From an uncultured Planctomycetota bacterium (GTDB taxonomy: Bacteria; Planctomycetota; Planctomycetia; Isosphaerales; Isosphaeraceae): a stretch of DNA of 64,000 nt. The stretch lies in the NCBI GenBank assembly GCA_963823665.1, contig CAWGMQ010000007.1:736001-800000 (forward strand), given 5' to 3'. The translations under genes were made by a program, and so were the position numbers. The notes below the pieces were generated by a model. The model ran no database searches, was not told where the DNA came from, and saw only the letters and a list, made by a program, of their open reading frames with translations. This document shows positions 45,601 through 55,347 of the stretch, in pieces; position 1 is the stretch's first letter, and the number at the start of each line of letters is the position of its first letter.

Positions 45601-46546
45601 GGCCGAATCGTCGACGGCCGCGGCGGCGCGGATTCCCGGCCTGCCTCATGAGCGTCAGCGGATTCTCGCCCATAAACGGCGTTCGACCTGTCAGTCTCTC
45701 GTAAAGAATGACACCCAGGCTGTAGATGTCTGCTGCAACGGTCAGCCCCCTCTCGCCGGCGGCCTGCTCCGGAGCCATATATCTCGGCGTGCCCAATACC
45801 TGGCCGGTCTCGGTAAGCGATTGGTCACCGCCGGCGAGCCGCTTCGCCAGTCCAAAGTCGGCAACGAGCCGAGCTCCCTGCGAATCCACCAGTACGTTGG
45901 AGGGCTTCAAGTCGCGGTGCAACACGCCACGCTGGTGCGCAAAATGCACGGCGCGTATCACGTCGACCATTCCCTGGACCTCCGCGCGCACGTCGCCCCG
46001 CGGAAGTTTCGCGAGCGATGTTCCGTCCACGAACTTCATCGCGTAGTACTGCTGCCCTTCGTGCTCACCCACCTCGTAGATCGGCACGATGTGAGGGTGG
46101 TCGAGTGCTGCGGCTGCTTCGGCCTCCGCCCGGAAGCGAGCCACAGGCTTGTCGTCGGCGAATGTGCCTTGGAGGATCGTCTTGATCGCGACTAGACGGT
46201 TCAGCGAAACTTGCCGCGCCCTGAATACGATCCCCATCCCACCGCGCGCGATCTCCTCGAGCAACTCGTAATCCCCGAAATACCGCACGGTCGGGAACGC
46301 CGCAGAGTCTTGAGCGTCGACCGCGCTCGTCGCATCTAGCAGGCCGGCGATGCGCAACGGCGAAGCGACCCTGTCCATACGGTCGAGGTCTGCGAAAAAT
46401 GCGCAAAGCGCGTCGGCGTGTGCCGGGTGCCGATCCACCAGAACTTCGCGGTTCGGAGCACCTCCGGTCTCTACGGCCACCATGTACGCGGCAATCACCG
46501 CATCGAGCGAGTCATGCGACATCGTCGGATCGTTGGGTGCGCCCAC
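42604..46546 (-). CDS. Ser/Thr kinase with TM segment and long alpha-helical (HEAT-like) C-terminus; frameshifts near 45640 and 45135
   Basis: IARGGMG, HRDLKPSN, DFGLAK, GTPRYMAPEQA, KCLEKEPGRRY, WCRRNP + TM; C-terminal TQELVELLKMPTC...DFTTPP. Confidence 0.82.
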
Positions 46547-46570
46547 GTTTCACTCCCAAAGTCTTGCGGT

Positions 46571-46600
46571 GTAGCAGGCACGCGCCGTGTGCCGTCCGCC
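46571..46600 (+). repeat. GTAG-type REP palindrome, family B
   Basis: GTAGCAGGCACGCGCCGTGTGCCGTCCGCC. Confidence 0.65.
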
Positions 46601-46981
46601 GCCCTTACCGGCACGGTACGCCGGCATGGGTTTGCGTCGAGCCCATACCGTGAAAGTGCGCGAATAATGTCCCGTCCGGTTAAGCGACCGCCCAGAGGCT
46701 CACACAGATCGTTACGCCTCTTTCGAATAAGACGACGTTCTCTTGCCGTCGAACCACGATTTTTCCACTAATTATCAGATTCGGCAACGATTGATCACCG
46801 CATCGCTGCCGGTCATGCACTCGCATCCTCGCAGTCGTTGAACGGCAAGTCCGCAACTGGCCGCCCGCAAACCGGACGAGTAATTCGGCGCGAGTTGCTA
46901 TCGGCGCAACACGTGATGCGCCCCGCCCGCATCACGCCCTTGGGCAGTAAGATCTCCGAGAAGCCCCTCGGTCCGGATCCG

Positions 46982-47212
46982 TCAATCCCGCAATGGGTAG
47001 GCGTGGACCTGCTTAAGCGTTTCCGCGGCATAGTAGAGTGCGGCCTGAACGTCGTCCCCGGTCAGGTGTGGGTAATTCAAGAGAATCTGCTCGCGCGACC
47101 ACCCGTTTGCCATGAGCTCCACGAGGAACTCCGCAGCAATCCGCGTCCCTTTGATCACCGGCTTGCCGACAAGCATTTTCGGGTCAACGCTGATTCGGTC
47201 CTGCCAGTCCAT
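46982..47212 (-). CDS. DUF433 family protein (antitoxin-like)
   Basis: RISVDPKMLVGKPVIKGTRI...YPHLT..DVQAALYYAA; GGAGGAGG RBS. Confidence 0.92.
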   Translation of the reverse strand: MDWQDRISVDPKMLVGKPVIKGTRIAAEFLVELMANGWSREQILLNYPHLTGDDVQAALYYAAETLKQVHAYPLRD

Positions 47213-47214
47213 CG

Positions 47215-47309
47215 TCTTGGACCTCCTCCACGTGCCACTTGATCACGACGCTCTCGTCGACGAACAGCGATGAGACCGTGGTCACCCGCGATCCCCCGCC
47301 GCCGCTCAT
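47215..47309 (-). pseudogene. 5' remnant of a VapC/FitB-type PIN toxin
   Basis: ATGA-coupled to the antitoxin; reads ...SLFVDESVVIKWHVEEVQD, like PIN N-termini VVDASVxxKW, then runs into DUF433. Confidence 0.6.
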
Positions 47310-47551
47310 CGCGCTCGATCCTCGGCCAGCAGCGCGGTGCTGTCAGTCTGACGCCTGTCCCCGAGGGTGGCGCGGACTTTCTCTGCTAAAACGCGGTAGG
47401 TCGACCGAGAACACCGCGACGACCGCGCGAGCGCTGCCTGCTCCAAGCGGAGCTTCAACTCGGCCTGCAAGGTTCGACCACTTTCACGAGCACGGGCCTC
47501 GAGTTGCTCGACAGTGATCTGGTCCAGGTCGCTGGCCAAGATCTCGGACAT
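47306..47551 (-). CDS. FitA-like ribbon-helix-helix antitoxin
   Basis: MSEILASDLDQITVEQLEARARESGRTLQAELK...DSTALLAEDRAR. Confidence 0.82.
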   Translation of the reverse strand: MSEILASDLDQITVEQLEARARESGRTLQAELKLRLEQAALARSSRCSRSTYRVLAEKVRATLGDRRQTDSTALLAEDRAR

Positions 47552-47626
47552 GGCAACTTCCAACCCCGCATTTCCTGAATCCTTACGTGATGTTATCACA
47601 CGCTCGAGATTCGTTCCAGCGCCACA

Positions 47627-49027
47627 TCACCCATGCCCGCCGCCTCCCGTCAGCTCGCGCACGATATCTCCTACAAACGAGCGGGCATCACCAAAGAGCA
47701 TTAGCGTCTGATCGAGGTAATACAGCGGATTGTCAATGCCCGCAAACCCCGGGCTCATCCCGCGCTTGATCACCATCACGGTGCGCGCCTTGTCGACATC
47801 CAGGATCGGCATGCCGTAAATTGGGCTCGAGGTGTCGTTTCTGGCGGCCGGGTTCGTCACGTCGTTGGCGCCGATCACGAGCGCCACATCGGTTTGCGGG
47901 AAATCGCCGTTGATCTGGTCCATATCGAGCAATTTGTCGTAGGGGATATCGGCCTCGGCCAGCAACACGTTCATGTGCCCGGGCATCCGGCCGGCAACCG
48001 GATGGATGCCGAAACTGACATCCACCCCGCGCTTCGTGAGCGAGTCATACAGCTCCCGCACCTTGTGCTGGGCCTGCGCCACGGCCATACCATAGCCGGG
48101 AACGATGATCACCTTGCTGGCCGCCGAAAGAATTGCAGCCGCTTCTTCCGGCGTCGCGCTCTTCACCGGCTTGGCGTCGCCCCCACCGGCTGCCGCGGCT
48201 TGCTCCTGCCCGAATGCCCCGAAGAGCACATTCGTGAACGAGCGATTCATCGCCTTCGACATGTTGACCGACAGAATGAAGCCCGATGCACCGTCGAGCG
48301 CGCCGGCAACGATCAACAGCTTGTTGTCGAGGACAAATCCCATCGCCGCCGCCGAAAGACCCGCGTACGAATTCAGCAGCGAGATCACCGTCGGCATATC
48401 CGCGCCGCCGATGGGCACGATCATCAGCACGCCGAAGATCAAGGGAATGATAATGATCAGCGGGAATAGCCAGCTTGTCCCGGGATGGAACGTCAGGTAC
48501 GCGGCGATCAGCAGGGAAACGCCCAGGACCGAAAGATTGGCGATATTCTGGCCCTTGAACGTGATGGGACGCTGGGGCAGGATCTCCTGCAGCTTGCCCG
48601 CCGCCATGAGACTGCCCGTGAACGTCAGCGAACCCAGTATCACCTCAAGCCCCAGCACGCCCATCGTGAACCGTTCGATCTTCGGGGTGTTGAGGTAGAA
48701 CTCGGCGGTGCCGACTAAGGTCACGCAGAGCGCACCGAAGGCATGGGAAAGCGCCGTTCGCTGCGGAACGGCGGTCATCTTCACCAGTCCCAGCCAGTAG
48801 CCGATGATCGAGCCCACGATCAGCCCGGCCGCGATGCCCCGGTAGTCGACGATTTCATGGTGAAAAAGAGTTCCCACGATCGCCAGGAGCATGCCCAGCT
48901 CGCCAGCCCAGACACCGCGGCGAGCGGTCGTCGGTGAGCTCATCCACTTGAGCGAGAGGATGAACAGGCCCGTGGCAATCAGGTAGGCGATCTCGATGAT
49001 ATGTTCGCGGCCGATCATGGCGATCAC
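47627..49027 (-). CDS. pntB: NAD(P) transhydrogenase subunit beta
   Basis: IGGADMPTVISLLNSY, VPGYGMAVAQAQH, HPVAGRMPGHMNVLLAEA, GANDVTNP. Confidence 0.97.
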   Translation of the reverse strand: MIAMIGREHIIEIAYLIATGLFILSLKWMSSPTTARRGVWAGELGMLLAIVGTLFHHEIVDYRGIAAGLIVGSIIGYWLGLVKMTAVPQRTALSHAFGALCVTLVGTAEFYLNTPKIERFTMGVLGLEVILGSLTFTGSLMAAGKLQEILPQRPITFKGQNIANLSVLGVSLLIAAYLTFHPGTSWLFPLIIIIPLIFGVLMIVPIGGADMPTVISLLNSYAGLSAAAMGFVLDNKLLIVAGALDGASGFILSVNMSKAMNRSFTNVLFGAFGQEQAAAAGGGDAKPVKSATPEEAAAILSAASKVIIVPGYGMAVAQAQHKVRELYDSLTKRGVDVSFGIHPVAGRMPGHMNVLLAEADIPYDKLLDMDQINGDFPQTDVALVIGANDVTNPAARNDTSSPIYGMPILDVDKARTVMVIKRGMSPGFAGIDNPLYYLDQTLMLFGDARSFVGDIVRELTGGGGHG

Positions 49028-49326
49028 TTTTTCCTGGGGCCGCTGGATTTGAACATCTTGAGCATTCGGTCCGTGATCACGAACCCGCCCACCACGTTGC
49101 TCGTTGCGGCTATGATCGCAATCGTGCCGAGAAGTGTCGTGAAGGGATTTTGCCGCGATCCCGCCAGAATAATCGCACCCACGACCGCGATCGCATCCAG
49201 CGCGTTCGTCAGCGACATGAGAGGCGTGTGGAGCAGGGGGGAGACCCGCCTGATCACTTCAAATCCAATAAACCCTGCCAGCATGAAAACGTACAAACTC
49301 GTGACAAGGTCGAGCTTCACTTCCAC
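49024..49326 (-). CDS. pntAB: NAD(P) transhydrogenase subunit alpha, part 2 (membrane)
   Basis: LHTPLMSLTNA, NVVGGFVITDRMLKMF. Confidence 0.95.
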   Translation of the reverse strand: MEVKLDLVTSLYVFMLAGFIGFEVIRRVSPLLHTPLMSLTNALDAIAVVGAIILAGSRQNPFTTLLGTIAIIAATSNVVGGFVITDRMLKMFKSSGPRKK

Positions 49327-49328
49327 TT

Positions 49329-50492
49329 TCAGACCTCCTTCGGAGCCGAGAAGAACTCGAGCACGCGCGTGTTGACGACCTGGCCACCCTCGGTCAATAA
49401 AGTCTCGCGGATGATCTCGTCAGCTCGATTGAGCACGAGCTTGCCGTCCTTCACGAGATGGAGCAGAAAGGCACTCAAGTTTTTTGCATACATCTGGCTG
49501 GCGTGATAGGGCACGGTGCTGGCGAGGTTGAACCAGCCGATCACCGTCACGCCGTACTCGACGATCATCTCGCCGGGTTTGGTCACCTCGCAGTTTCCTC
49601 CACGCTCGGCGGCCATGTCGATCACAACCGACCCTGGCGCCATCCGGGAGACCGCCTTGCGCGTGACCAGCACCGGCGATTTCTTGCCGGGAATCACGGC
49701 GGCGCTGATCACCACGTCACTCTGCGAAACGACCTGCCCCAGAAGCTCGCGCTGGCGGTCGTAGAACGTCTCATCCTGGGCCTTGCCGTAGCCGCGGGCG
49801 TCCTGGGCGTCGGTGGCCTCGATCGCCAGCTCGACAAAACGGCCTCCGAGGCTTTGGACCTGCTCCTTGGATGCAGCCCGCATGTCATACGCCGAGACTA
49901 CTGCGCCCAGTCGCTTCGCCGTCGCGATGGCCTGCAACCCCGCCACGCCGGCGCCGATCACGAGCACCCGGGCCGGCGTGATCGTGCCGGCCGCGGTCGT
50001 CATCATCGGGAAGAGCCGCGGCAGCAGATCGGCGGCCACCACGACGGACTTGTACCCGGAGATGGTGGCCATCGACGACAGGGCATCCATACTTTGCGCG
50101 CGAGTCGTGCGCGGCATCAGCTCGACCGAGAACGACGTGACGCCGCGCTCGGCGATGTCCCGCGCCGTCTGGAGCGTCCCCAGCGGCCTCTGGAATCCGA
50201 TCAAGATCTGATCGCGACGCAGGAGCGGCAGGTCTTCATGGCCCGTCGCGTCGTTCGAGCCGTGACAGAGCACCTGCAAAATGATCTCGGCCGTCCCGAA
50301 GATGTCCGCACGTGCCGGCAGAATCTTGGCACCCCGCGCGGTGTATTCGGAATCGGGAAATCCCGCACTCGCGCCCGCCCCGGCTTCCACGACGACCTCG
50401 AGTCCGGCCTTGGTCAGAAGGGGCACGACCGCAGGAACCATCGCCACCCGCCGCTCGCCGGGAAAGATCTCTCGAGGGATTCCAACGATCAT
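49329..50492 (-). CDS. pntAA: NAD(P) transhydrogenase subunit alpha, part 1
   Basis: GERRVA, PRTTRAQSMDALSS, GAGVAGLQAI, GGNCE. Confidence 0.96.
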   Translation of the reverse strand: MIVGIPREIFPGERRVAMVPAVVPLLTKAGLEVVVEAGAGASAGFPDSEYTARGAKILPARADIFGTAEIILQVLCHGSNDATGHEDLPLLRRDQILIGFQRPLGTLQTARDIAERGVTSFSVELMPRTTRAQSMDALSSMATISGYKSVVVAADLLPRLFPMMTTAAGTITPARVLVIGAGVAGLQAIATAKRLGAVVSAYDMRAASKEQVQSLGGRFVELAIEATDAQDARGYGKAQDETFYDRQRELLGQVVSQSDVVISAAVIPGKKSPVLVTRKAVSRMAPGSVVIDMAAERGGNCEVTKPGEMIVEYGVTVIGWFNLASTVPYHASQMYAKNLSAFLLHLVKDGKLVLNRADEIIRETLLTEGGQVVNTRVLEFFSAPKEV

Positions 50493-50653
50493 GAAAAAGG
50501 CTCCGACCGATGAATTCCCGGATGCAAAGTCGCACGCGGCGCACCCCGCCGCACCGGGACGCGGTGAAAAGAGAGCGTGTAGGATAACGGATAGGTTGGA
50601 AGGGAGAAAGCCTGTATCGCCGCCGGGCCAGTCGCTCGCTCGAGAGATTCTGC

Positions 50654-51364
50654 CTATTCGTGAGTCTTCTCGTGGGTCACAGCCCGGAGCTTGATATATT
50701 CTTCAAGTGAAAACTGGTCGGAACGGCAACTCTCGAGCAGCGGCCGCTCGCGCCGCTCGACTTCCGCGCACGCTTCGGCCAGCCGCGGTGCGATCGCGTG
50801 CGGAATCAAGCACACTCCGTGCTTGTCGGCGTGGATCAAGTCGCCACTACGGATTTCCGTGCCCAGCATATTCACGGGCGTTCCAAAGGCGACGAGTCGA
50901 ACGTAGGCGTGGCTCACGCACGGATTGAGTCCGAAGAGCTGGAAACCCAGTGCGCGAACCTCGTCGAGGTCGCGCGGGCAACCGCTGGTGATGTGGCCGA
51001 CGCAGCCGAGCTTTTGATGAATGGTCGCCGTCACCTCGCCGAACTGAGCCCCCAGGCCCGGCGGTTCGTCGCGATCCCAGCCCACCGCGATCTTGGGCCC
51101 GGCCATCCCCGCCACGTACCGCAGGTAGTCACCCAGCAAATCGGTTTTGGGCTCTCCAGGCTCGGGCACCGCCGCGCGGGTCTGTGAGGTCACCGCGTAA
51201 CCGACGATCGGCCCCAGCTCAGGAAGCAGGCAGCGGATCTGATGCGGAAGGAAGCCGGCGTGCCGCGGACGCACGTCAAACAGCTCGATCGCGTTCGAGA
51301 TCGTCGGCGTGTTATACCGGCGCAACTGGTCCAGGTCTGCGGCAGTGAGCACCGAGGTCGCCAT
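50654..51364 (-). CDS. RraA family protein (HMG aldolase-like)
   Basis: TPTISNAIE, FGEV, GCPRD, GDLIHADKHGV. Confidence 0.88.
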   Translation of the reverse strand: MATSVLTAADLDQLRRYNTPTISNAIELFDVRPRHAGFLPHQIRCLLPELGPIVGYAVTSQTRAAVPEPGEPKTDLLGDYLRYVAGMAGPKIAVGWDRDEPPGLGAQFGEVTATIHQKLGCVGHITSGCPRDLDEVRALGFQLFGLNPCVSHAYVRLVAFGTPVNMLGTEIRSGDLIHADKHGVCLIPHAIAPRLAEACAEVERRERPLLESCRSDQFSLEEYIKLRAVTHEKTHE

Positions 51365-51510
51365 GCGGGATTCCTGTCAAAGAGTTCAAAGAGAATCCCG
51401 GCCCTCAGGCTGCGGAATTCGTGAGGTGTGCCCAGGCTGCGCTTGGCCGTCGCCGCGCGAATCGCTAGGCTGGATTGATAATCGACCCTCCACCTTCTGG
51501 ATTTGATCCC

Positions 51511-52923
51511 ATGACTGATACCGAAGTCAATCCGCCTGCCCAGGGAACCGCGGAATCCGCGAAACCCGCACCCGCGAAGACCGCGTCTGCCTTGGATGCC
51601 GCCATCGACGCCGCGCTGGGCGGGGTGATGGGCCGAGCAAGCGGTGATATCGAGATCCTCGACCTGCCGCTCAAGCGTCAGTGGGACAGGGGTCTCGAAG
51701 CCGAGCTCGAGGCCGCAATGGCCGGGTTTGATGCCGCCGCCGTCGGCGGGCCGCCGCCAGGTGCCGCCCAGTCCGCCAAGCCCGCCCGCGATAGTCAAGA
51801 GCGGGGCCAGGAAATCAGCCCGGGCCTCCGCACCGGCAAGGTCATCGGCGTGCGCGGCAAGAGCATTTTCGTGGATCTGGGCGGAAAGAGCGAAGGCGTT
51901 CTCCCCGTCGCGGACTACGAGGGTGATCTGCCGCAGCCCGGTGCGTCGATCGAGGTCATGGTCGAACGCTTCGACCCGGAAGAAGGCCTGCTCATCCTGC
52001 GGCGCAAAGGTTCAGCGATCGACGCCGACTGGGAGACACTCCGTAAAGGCGTGATCGTCGAGGCACGTGTGACCAAGGCCGTCAAGGGCGGCCTCGAGGT
52101 CGACGTCGACGGCATCCGCGGCTTCTTGCCCATAAGCCAGCTCGACCTATCGCGCGTTGAGGATACAGCGTCCTACATCAATCAAAAGTTCAAGGCCCTG
52201 GTCACCGAGGCCAATCAGCGCGAGAAGAATCTCGTCGTCTCGCGCCGCGAGCTGCTGGAGCAGGAGCGCGCCGAGCAGCGCGAAAAAACCTGGGCCTCGC
52301 TCGAGGAAGGGCAGGTTCACGATGCCGTGGTCCGTTCGATCAAGGGCTTCGGCGCCTTTGTCGACATCGGCGGCGTCGATGGCCTCTTGCCCATCGGCGA
52401 GATGAGCTGGGGGCGCGTCTCCAAGGTCGACGAATTGCTCAAGACGGGCGATCAGGTGAAGGTGAAGGTCCTCAAGATCGACCGCACGACCCGCAAGCTC
52501 ACGCTCGGGCTGAAACAACTCTCTCCCAGCCCATGGGAAATGGTCGAGGCGAAATTCCCTCGCGGCGCGACAGTCAAGGGAAAGGTCACCCGGATCATGG
52601 AGTTCGGCGCCTTCGTCGAGCTCGAGCCCGGAATCGAAGGCCTGATCCACGTCTCGGAGCTCTCGCCCAACCGCGTGCGGCGAGTTTCGGATATCGTCAA
52701 ACCGGAGCAGGAGGTCGAGGTGCGCATCCTCAAAGTCGAGCCCGAAGCCCGCCGGATCGGCCTCTCACTTCGCCCCTCGCCCAAGGCACCCATCGCTCCG
52801 GCCGAGGAAGAGGAAGACGCCGAATCCGAAGTCGGCGCCGAAGCACCGCCTCCGCCCCGTCCCGAGCCGAAGGTCCCTCTCAAAGGCGGCCTCGGCGACC
52901 GCGACCGGCGGCAGAAGTCGTAG
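51511..52923 (+). CDS. 30S ribosomal protein S1-like protein (four S1 domains)
   Basis: VDLGGKSEG, KGGLEVD, FGAFVDIGGVDGL, FGAFVELEPGIEGLIHVSE; C-terminal PLKGGLG. Confidence 0.9.
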   Translation: MTDTEVNPPAQGTAESAKPAPAKTASALDAAIDAALGGVMGRASGDIEILDLPLKRQWDRGLEAELEAAMAGFDAAAVGGPPPGAAQSAKPARDSQERGQEISPGLRTGKVIGVRGKSIFVDLGGKSEGVLPVADYEGDLPQPGASIEVMVERFDPEEGLLILRRKGSAIDADWETLRKGVIVEARVTKAVKGGLEVDVDGIRGFLPISQLDLSRVEDTASYINQKFKALVTEANQREKNLVVSRRELLEQERAEQREKTWASLEEGQVHDAVVRSIKGFGAFVDIGGVDGLLPIGEMSWGRVSKVDELLKTGDQVKVKVLKIDRTTRKLTLGLKQLSPSPWEMVEAKFPRGATVKGKVTRIMEFGAFVELEPGIEGLIHVSELSPNRVRRVSDIVKPEQEVEVRILKVEPEARRIGLSLRPSPKAPIAPAEEEEDAESEVGAEAPPPPRPEPKVPLKGGLGDRDRRQKS

Positions 52924-52941
52924 GTGAGGCTTCAGCCTGAC
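52920..52941 (+). repeat. GTAG-type REP palindrome, family A
   Basis: GTAG-GTGAGGCTTCAGCCTGAC; its TAG is the S1 gene stop. Confidence 0.65.
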
Positions 52942-53069
52942 GATTTCCTCCAATAAAGTGCGTATGGTTGCGCCGCAGAAAAGCCGAATGAGGGCCGGAA
53001 GATGTCGCGTTTCTCGAAGATCGCTCCCCGGCTCCGCGTAAACGACCTGGCGAGCGCGATTTGTCGGCG

Positions 53070-55343
53070 TCACTCATGCGTCACATGCGACCCGCCCGTG
53101 CGCTTCCCGTCGACATGCGCAGGATTTCCCTTATACGTCAAATGCGAGACCGACGAGACGTCGTATTCAAGCGACTCGCTCACGGCGACTTTCGCGTGCG
53201 ATGCGCCCGAAACGGTGATGTTCATCGTTTCGGTTTTGACCCCGTCGAGTTGAAGATGACTCGCACCGGACACCGAGACCTTGGCACGTTTGGCACTTCC
53301 GTCCAGATTCACGTGGCAGGCTCCCTCCGACTTCAGCGCCAGCTCGCTGGTTTCCAGCTTGCCGCGAAGCTTGCTCGCACCGGACATCGTGGCTGCAAAC
53401 GGAGACGTTGACCTTACGACGATATCCGCTGTCGAGGCTCCACTCAGATCGAGCTTGCCTTGCTTGAGAGGGAACTCGCTCAGCAGGAGGTGGCTCGCGC
53501 CGCTGGCCGTTACTTCGGCCTCTTGCGCTCCGCCCGTCAAGGTCAACGAGCTGGCGCCGCTTGTGTCGATCTTCGCTTTCACCGAGCTCAGCGCCCCGTC
53601 TAGCTTGGTCGCGCCCGAGAGATGAACCACCACGTCTTTCTCGGAATCGAATCCTTCAAGATGACCCTTGGCAGCTCCGGACAATTCAATTCGCGCGAGT
53701 GCAGGCAGCACGATCTCCGCCTCGGGCGATTTCTCGAGTTTGTAGCTCTGGTCTTTCTTCAGGCCGATCTTCAGCAAGTCTCCGTCTTTTTCCACTTCGA
53801 CATAGGGCAGGACGTTATCGTCGGCAGTCGTGGTGACTTTGAATGCCTTTCCCTTGGAGATCTTTGCGTGGAAGGTTGAGCCGATCTGCAACCGGTTGAA
53901 ACCCGTGATATCCCAGGTCTTGGTGGCCATCTTGCCCGAGCCTACGATGGTTTTCGAATCTGATGACTCATTGATCGTGACCCGCGCCTGGCCCGTACCC
54001 TGTCCTGCTCCGGCGCCCTGGCCATCGCCGAGGGCGGCGGGGAATATCGTCCGGATCGGCGTGAAGACCCCGGTCTTTCGCTCATAGGCAGCCGCGGCCA
54101 GCACACATGCCGAGATCGAGAGCACGGCGATCGCCATACGCCGGCGGGTGCGGCCGGCAGTCACCTTTGCCGTTTTTCTTGGCGCGGGTGCCATGCCCGC
54201 CAGTCCGCGCTGAACCGCCGCCAGGTTTTGTTCGAGCACCAGTGCAACCTCTCGGGCCGATCCGAAACGTGCCGCTGGGTCCTTGGCGTGCAGGCGCTCG
54301 ATGATCTCAGCCAGCCACACCGGCACATCGGGGTTGCTCTCGCGTACGGAGCGCGGCTCTTCGTCCGACACTCGCCGCAGGACGGCCGGCGTCGAGCTGG
54401 CTCGAAACGGGGCGTGACCCGTGCACATGAAGTAGATCACGCTGCCCAGGCTGAAGAGGTCCGATCGATGATCGACGGCCTCGCCGCGGGCTTGCTCGGG
54501 CGACATGTACTGAGGTGTTCCGGCGACGACGCCGCTCTGCGTGAGACTCGCGTCGTCAACCGCGCGTGCGAGTCCGAAATCGGTCAGCTTGACTCGCTCC
54601 ACGCCGTTTTCGAGCAGGATGTTCGAAGGCTTGACGTCGCGATGAACCAGTCCCTGCGCATGCGCCGAGGCCAGGCCCTGAGCCGTTTGGATGCCGACGC
54701 GCAGGATCGCCTTCAAATCCATCGGCCCGCCTCGATCGACCCGCTCTTGTAGCGATTGACCGGCGATATACGGCATGACGAGATAGGGCAAGTTCTTCCA
54801 AGAATCCACCGCGTGAATCGCCACGACGTTTTCGTGCACGACCGCGGCGGCCGCTCGCGCTTCGCGGGCGAAACGGCCTCGCGCAGCGGCACTGGTGGCA
54901 AGCTGTGGAGCCAGCACCTTGATCGCCACCGCGCGGCCGAGTGCCGCGTCAAACGCCTTGAGCACCACGCCGAAGCCGCCGTGGCCGAGAACCTCCGACA
55001 CCTCGTAGGCACCCAGCCGCCCCAGCGACCCGGGCTCGTCCGAAGTCGAGAGGAAGCCGAGGAGATCGTGCCCAGCGGGCCGCTCCGACCTTTCTGCCGA
55101 TTCGTACACTGCCGTTCCAGGCGCTGAGCAGCCGGGGCCGGCTTGATTGCCGAGCCGCGGAGTGAGCTGTCGCAGATCGGCCCAGAGCTCGCTTCCGGCG
55201 GCGAGCCGTTCCAGCATCCGCTGACAGTCCGAACACGATTCGAGGTGATCGCTGAACCGGGCTTGCTCGTGATCGGGAAGGTCGTCGTCAAGGAAAGACT
55301 TGAGACGTCCCGCATCACAACACTGGGATGTTCGTGCAACCAT
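53070..55343 (-). CDS. Ser/Thr kinase with N-terminal zinc anti-sigma (HxxxCxxC) motif, TM segment and C-terminal GIN/DUF2807-like beta-helix
   Basis: HLESCSDC; GHGGFG, HRDVKPSN, DFGLAR, GTPQYMSPEQA; IVGSG...TADDNVLPYV and many SGAS repeats ending YKGNP. Confidence 0.9.
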   Translation of the reverse strand: MVARTSQCCDAGRLKSFLDDDLPDHEQARFSDHLESCSDCQRMLERLAAGSELWADLRQLTPRLGNQAGPGCSAPGTAVYESAERSERPAGHDLLGFLSTSDEPGSLGRLGAYEVSEVLGHGGFGVVLKAFDAALGRAVAIKVLAPQLATSAAARGRFAREARAAAAVVHENVVAIHAVDSWKNLPYLVMPYIAGQSLQERVDRGGPMDLKAILRVGIQTAQGLASAHAQGLVHRDVKPSNILLENGVERVKLTDFGLARAVDDASLTQSGVVAGTPQYMSPEQARGEAVDHRSDLFSLGSVIYFMCTGHAPFRASSTPAVLRRVSDEEPRSVRESNPDVPVWLAEIIERLHAKDPAARFGSAREVALVLEQNLAAVQRGLAGMAPAPRKTAKVTAGRTRRRMAIAVLSISACVLAAAAYERKTGVFTPIRTIFPAALGDGQGAGAGQGTGQARVTINESSDSKTIVGSGKMATKTWDITGFNRLQIGSTFHAKISKGKAFKVTTTADDNVLPYVEVEKDGDLLKIGLKKDQSYKLEKSPEAEIVLPALARIELSGAAKGHLEGFDSEKDVVVHLSGATKLDGALSSVKAKIDTSGASSLTLTGGAQEAEVTASGASHLLLSEFPLKQGKLDLSGASTADIVVRSTSPFAATMSGASKLRGKLETSELALKSEGACHVNLDGSAKRAKVSVSGASHLQLDGVKTETMNITVSGASHAKVAVSESLEYDVSSVSHLTYKGNPAHVDGKRTGGSHVTHE

Positions 55344-55347
55344 CAGA

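Noticed and set aside
46912..46936. Hairpin CGTGATGCG-N7-CGCATCACG as an intrinsic terminator
   Set aside because: No U-tract on either side; function unsupported
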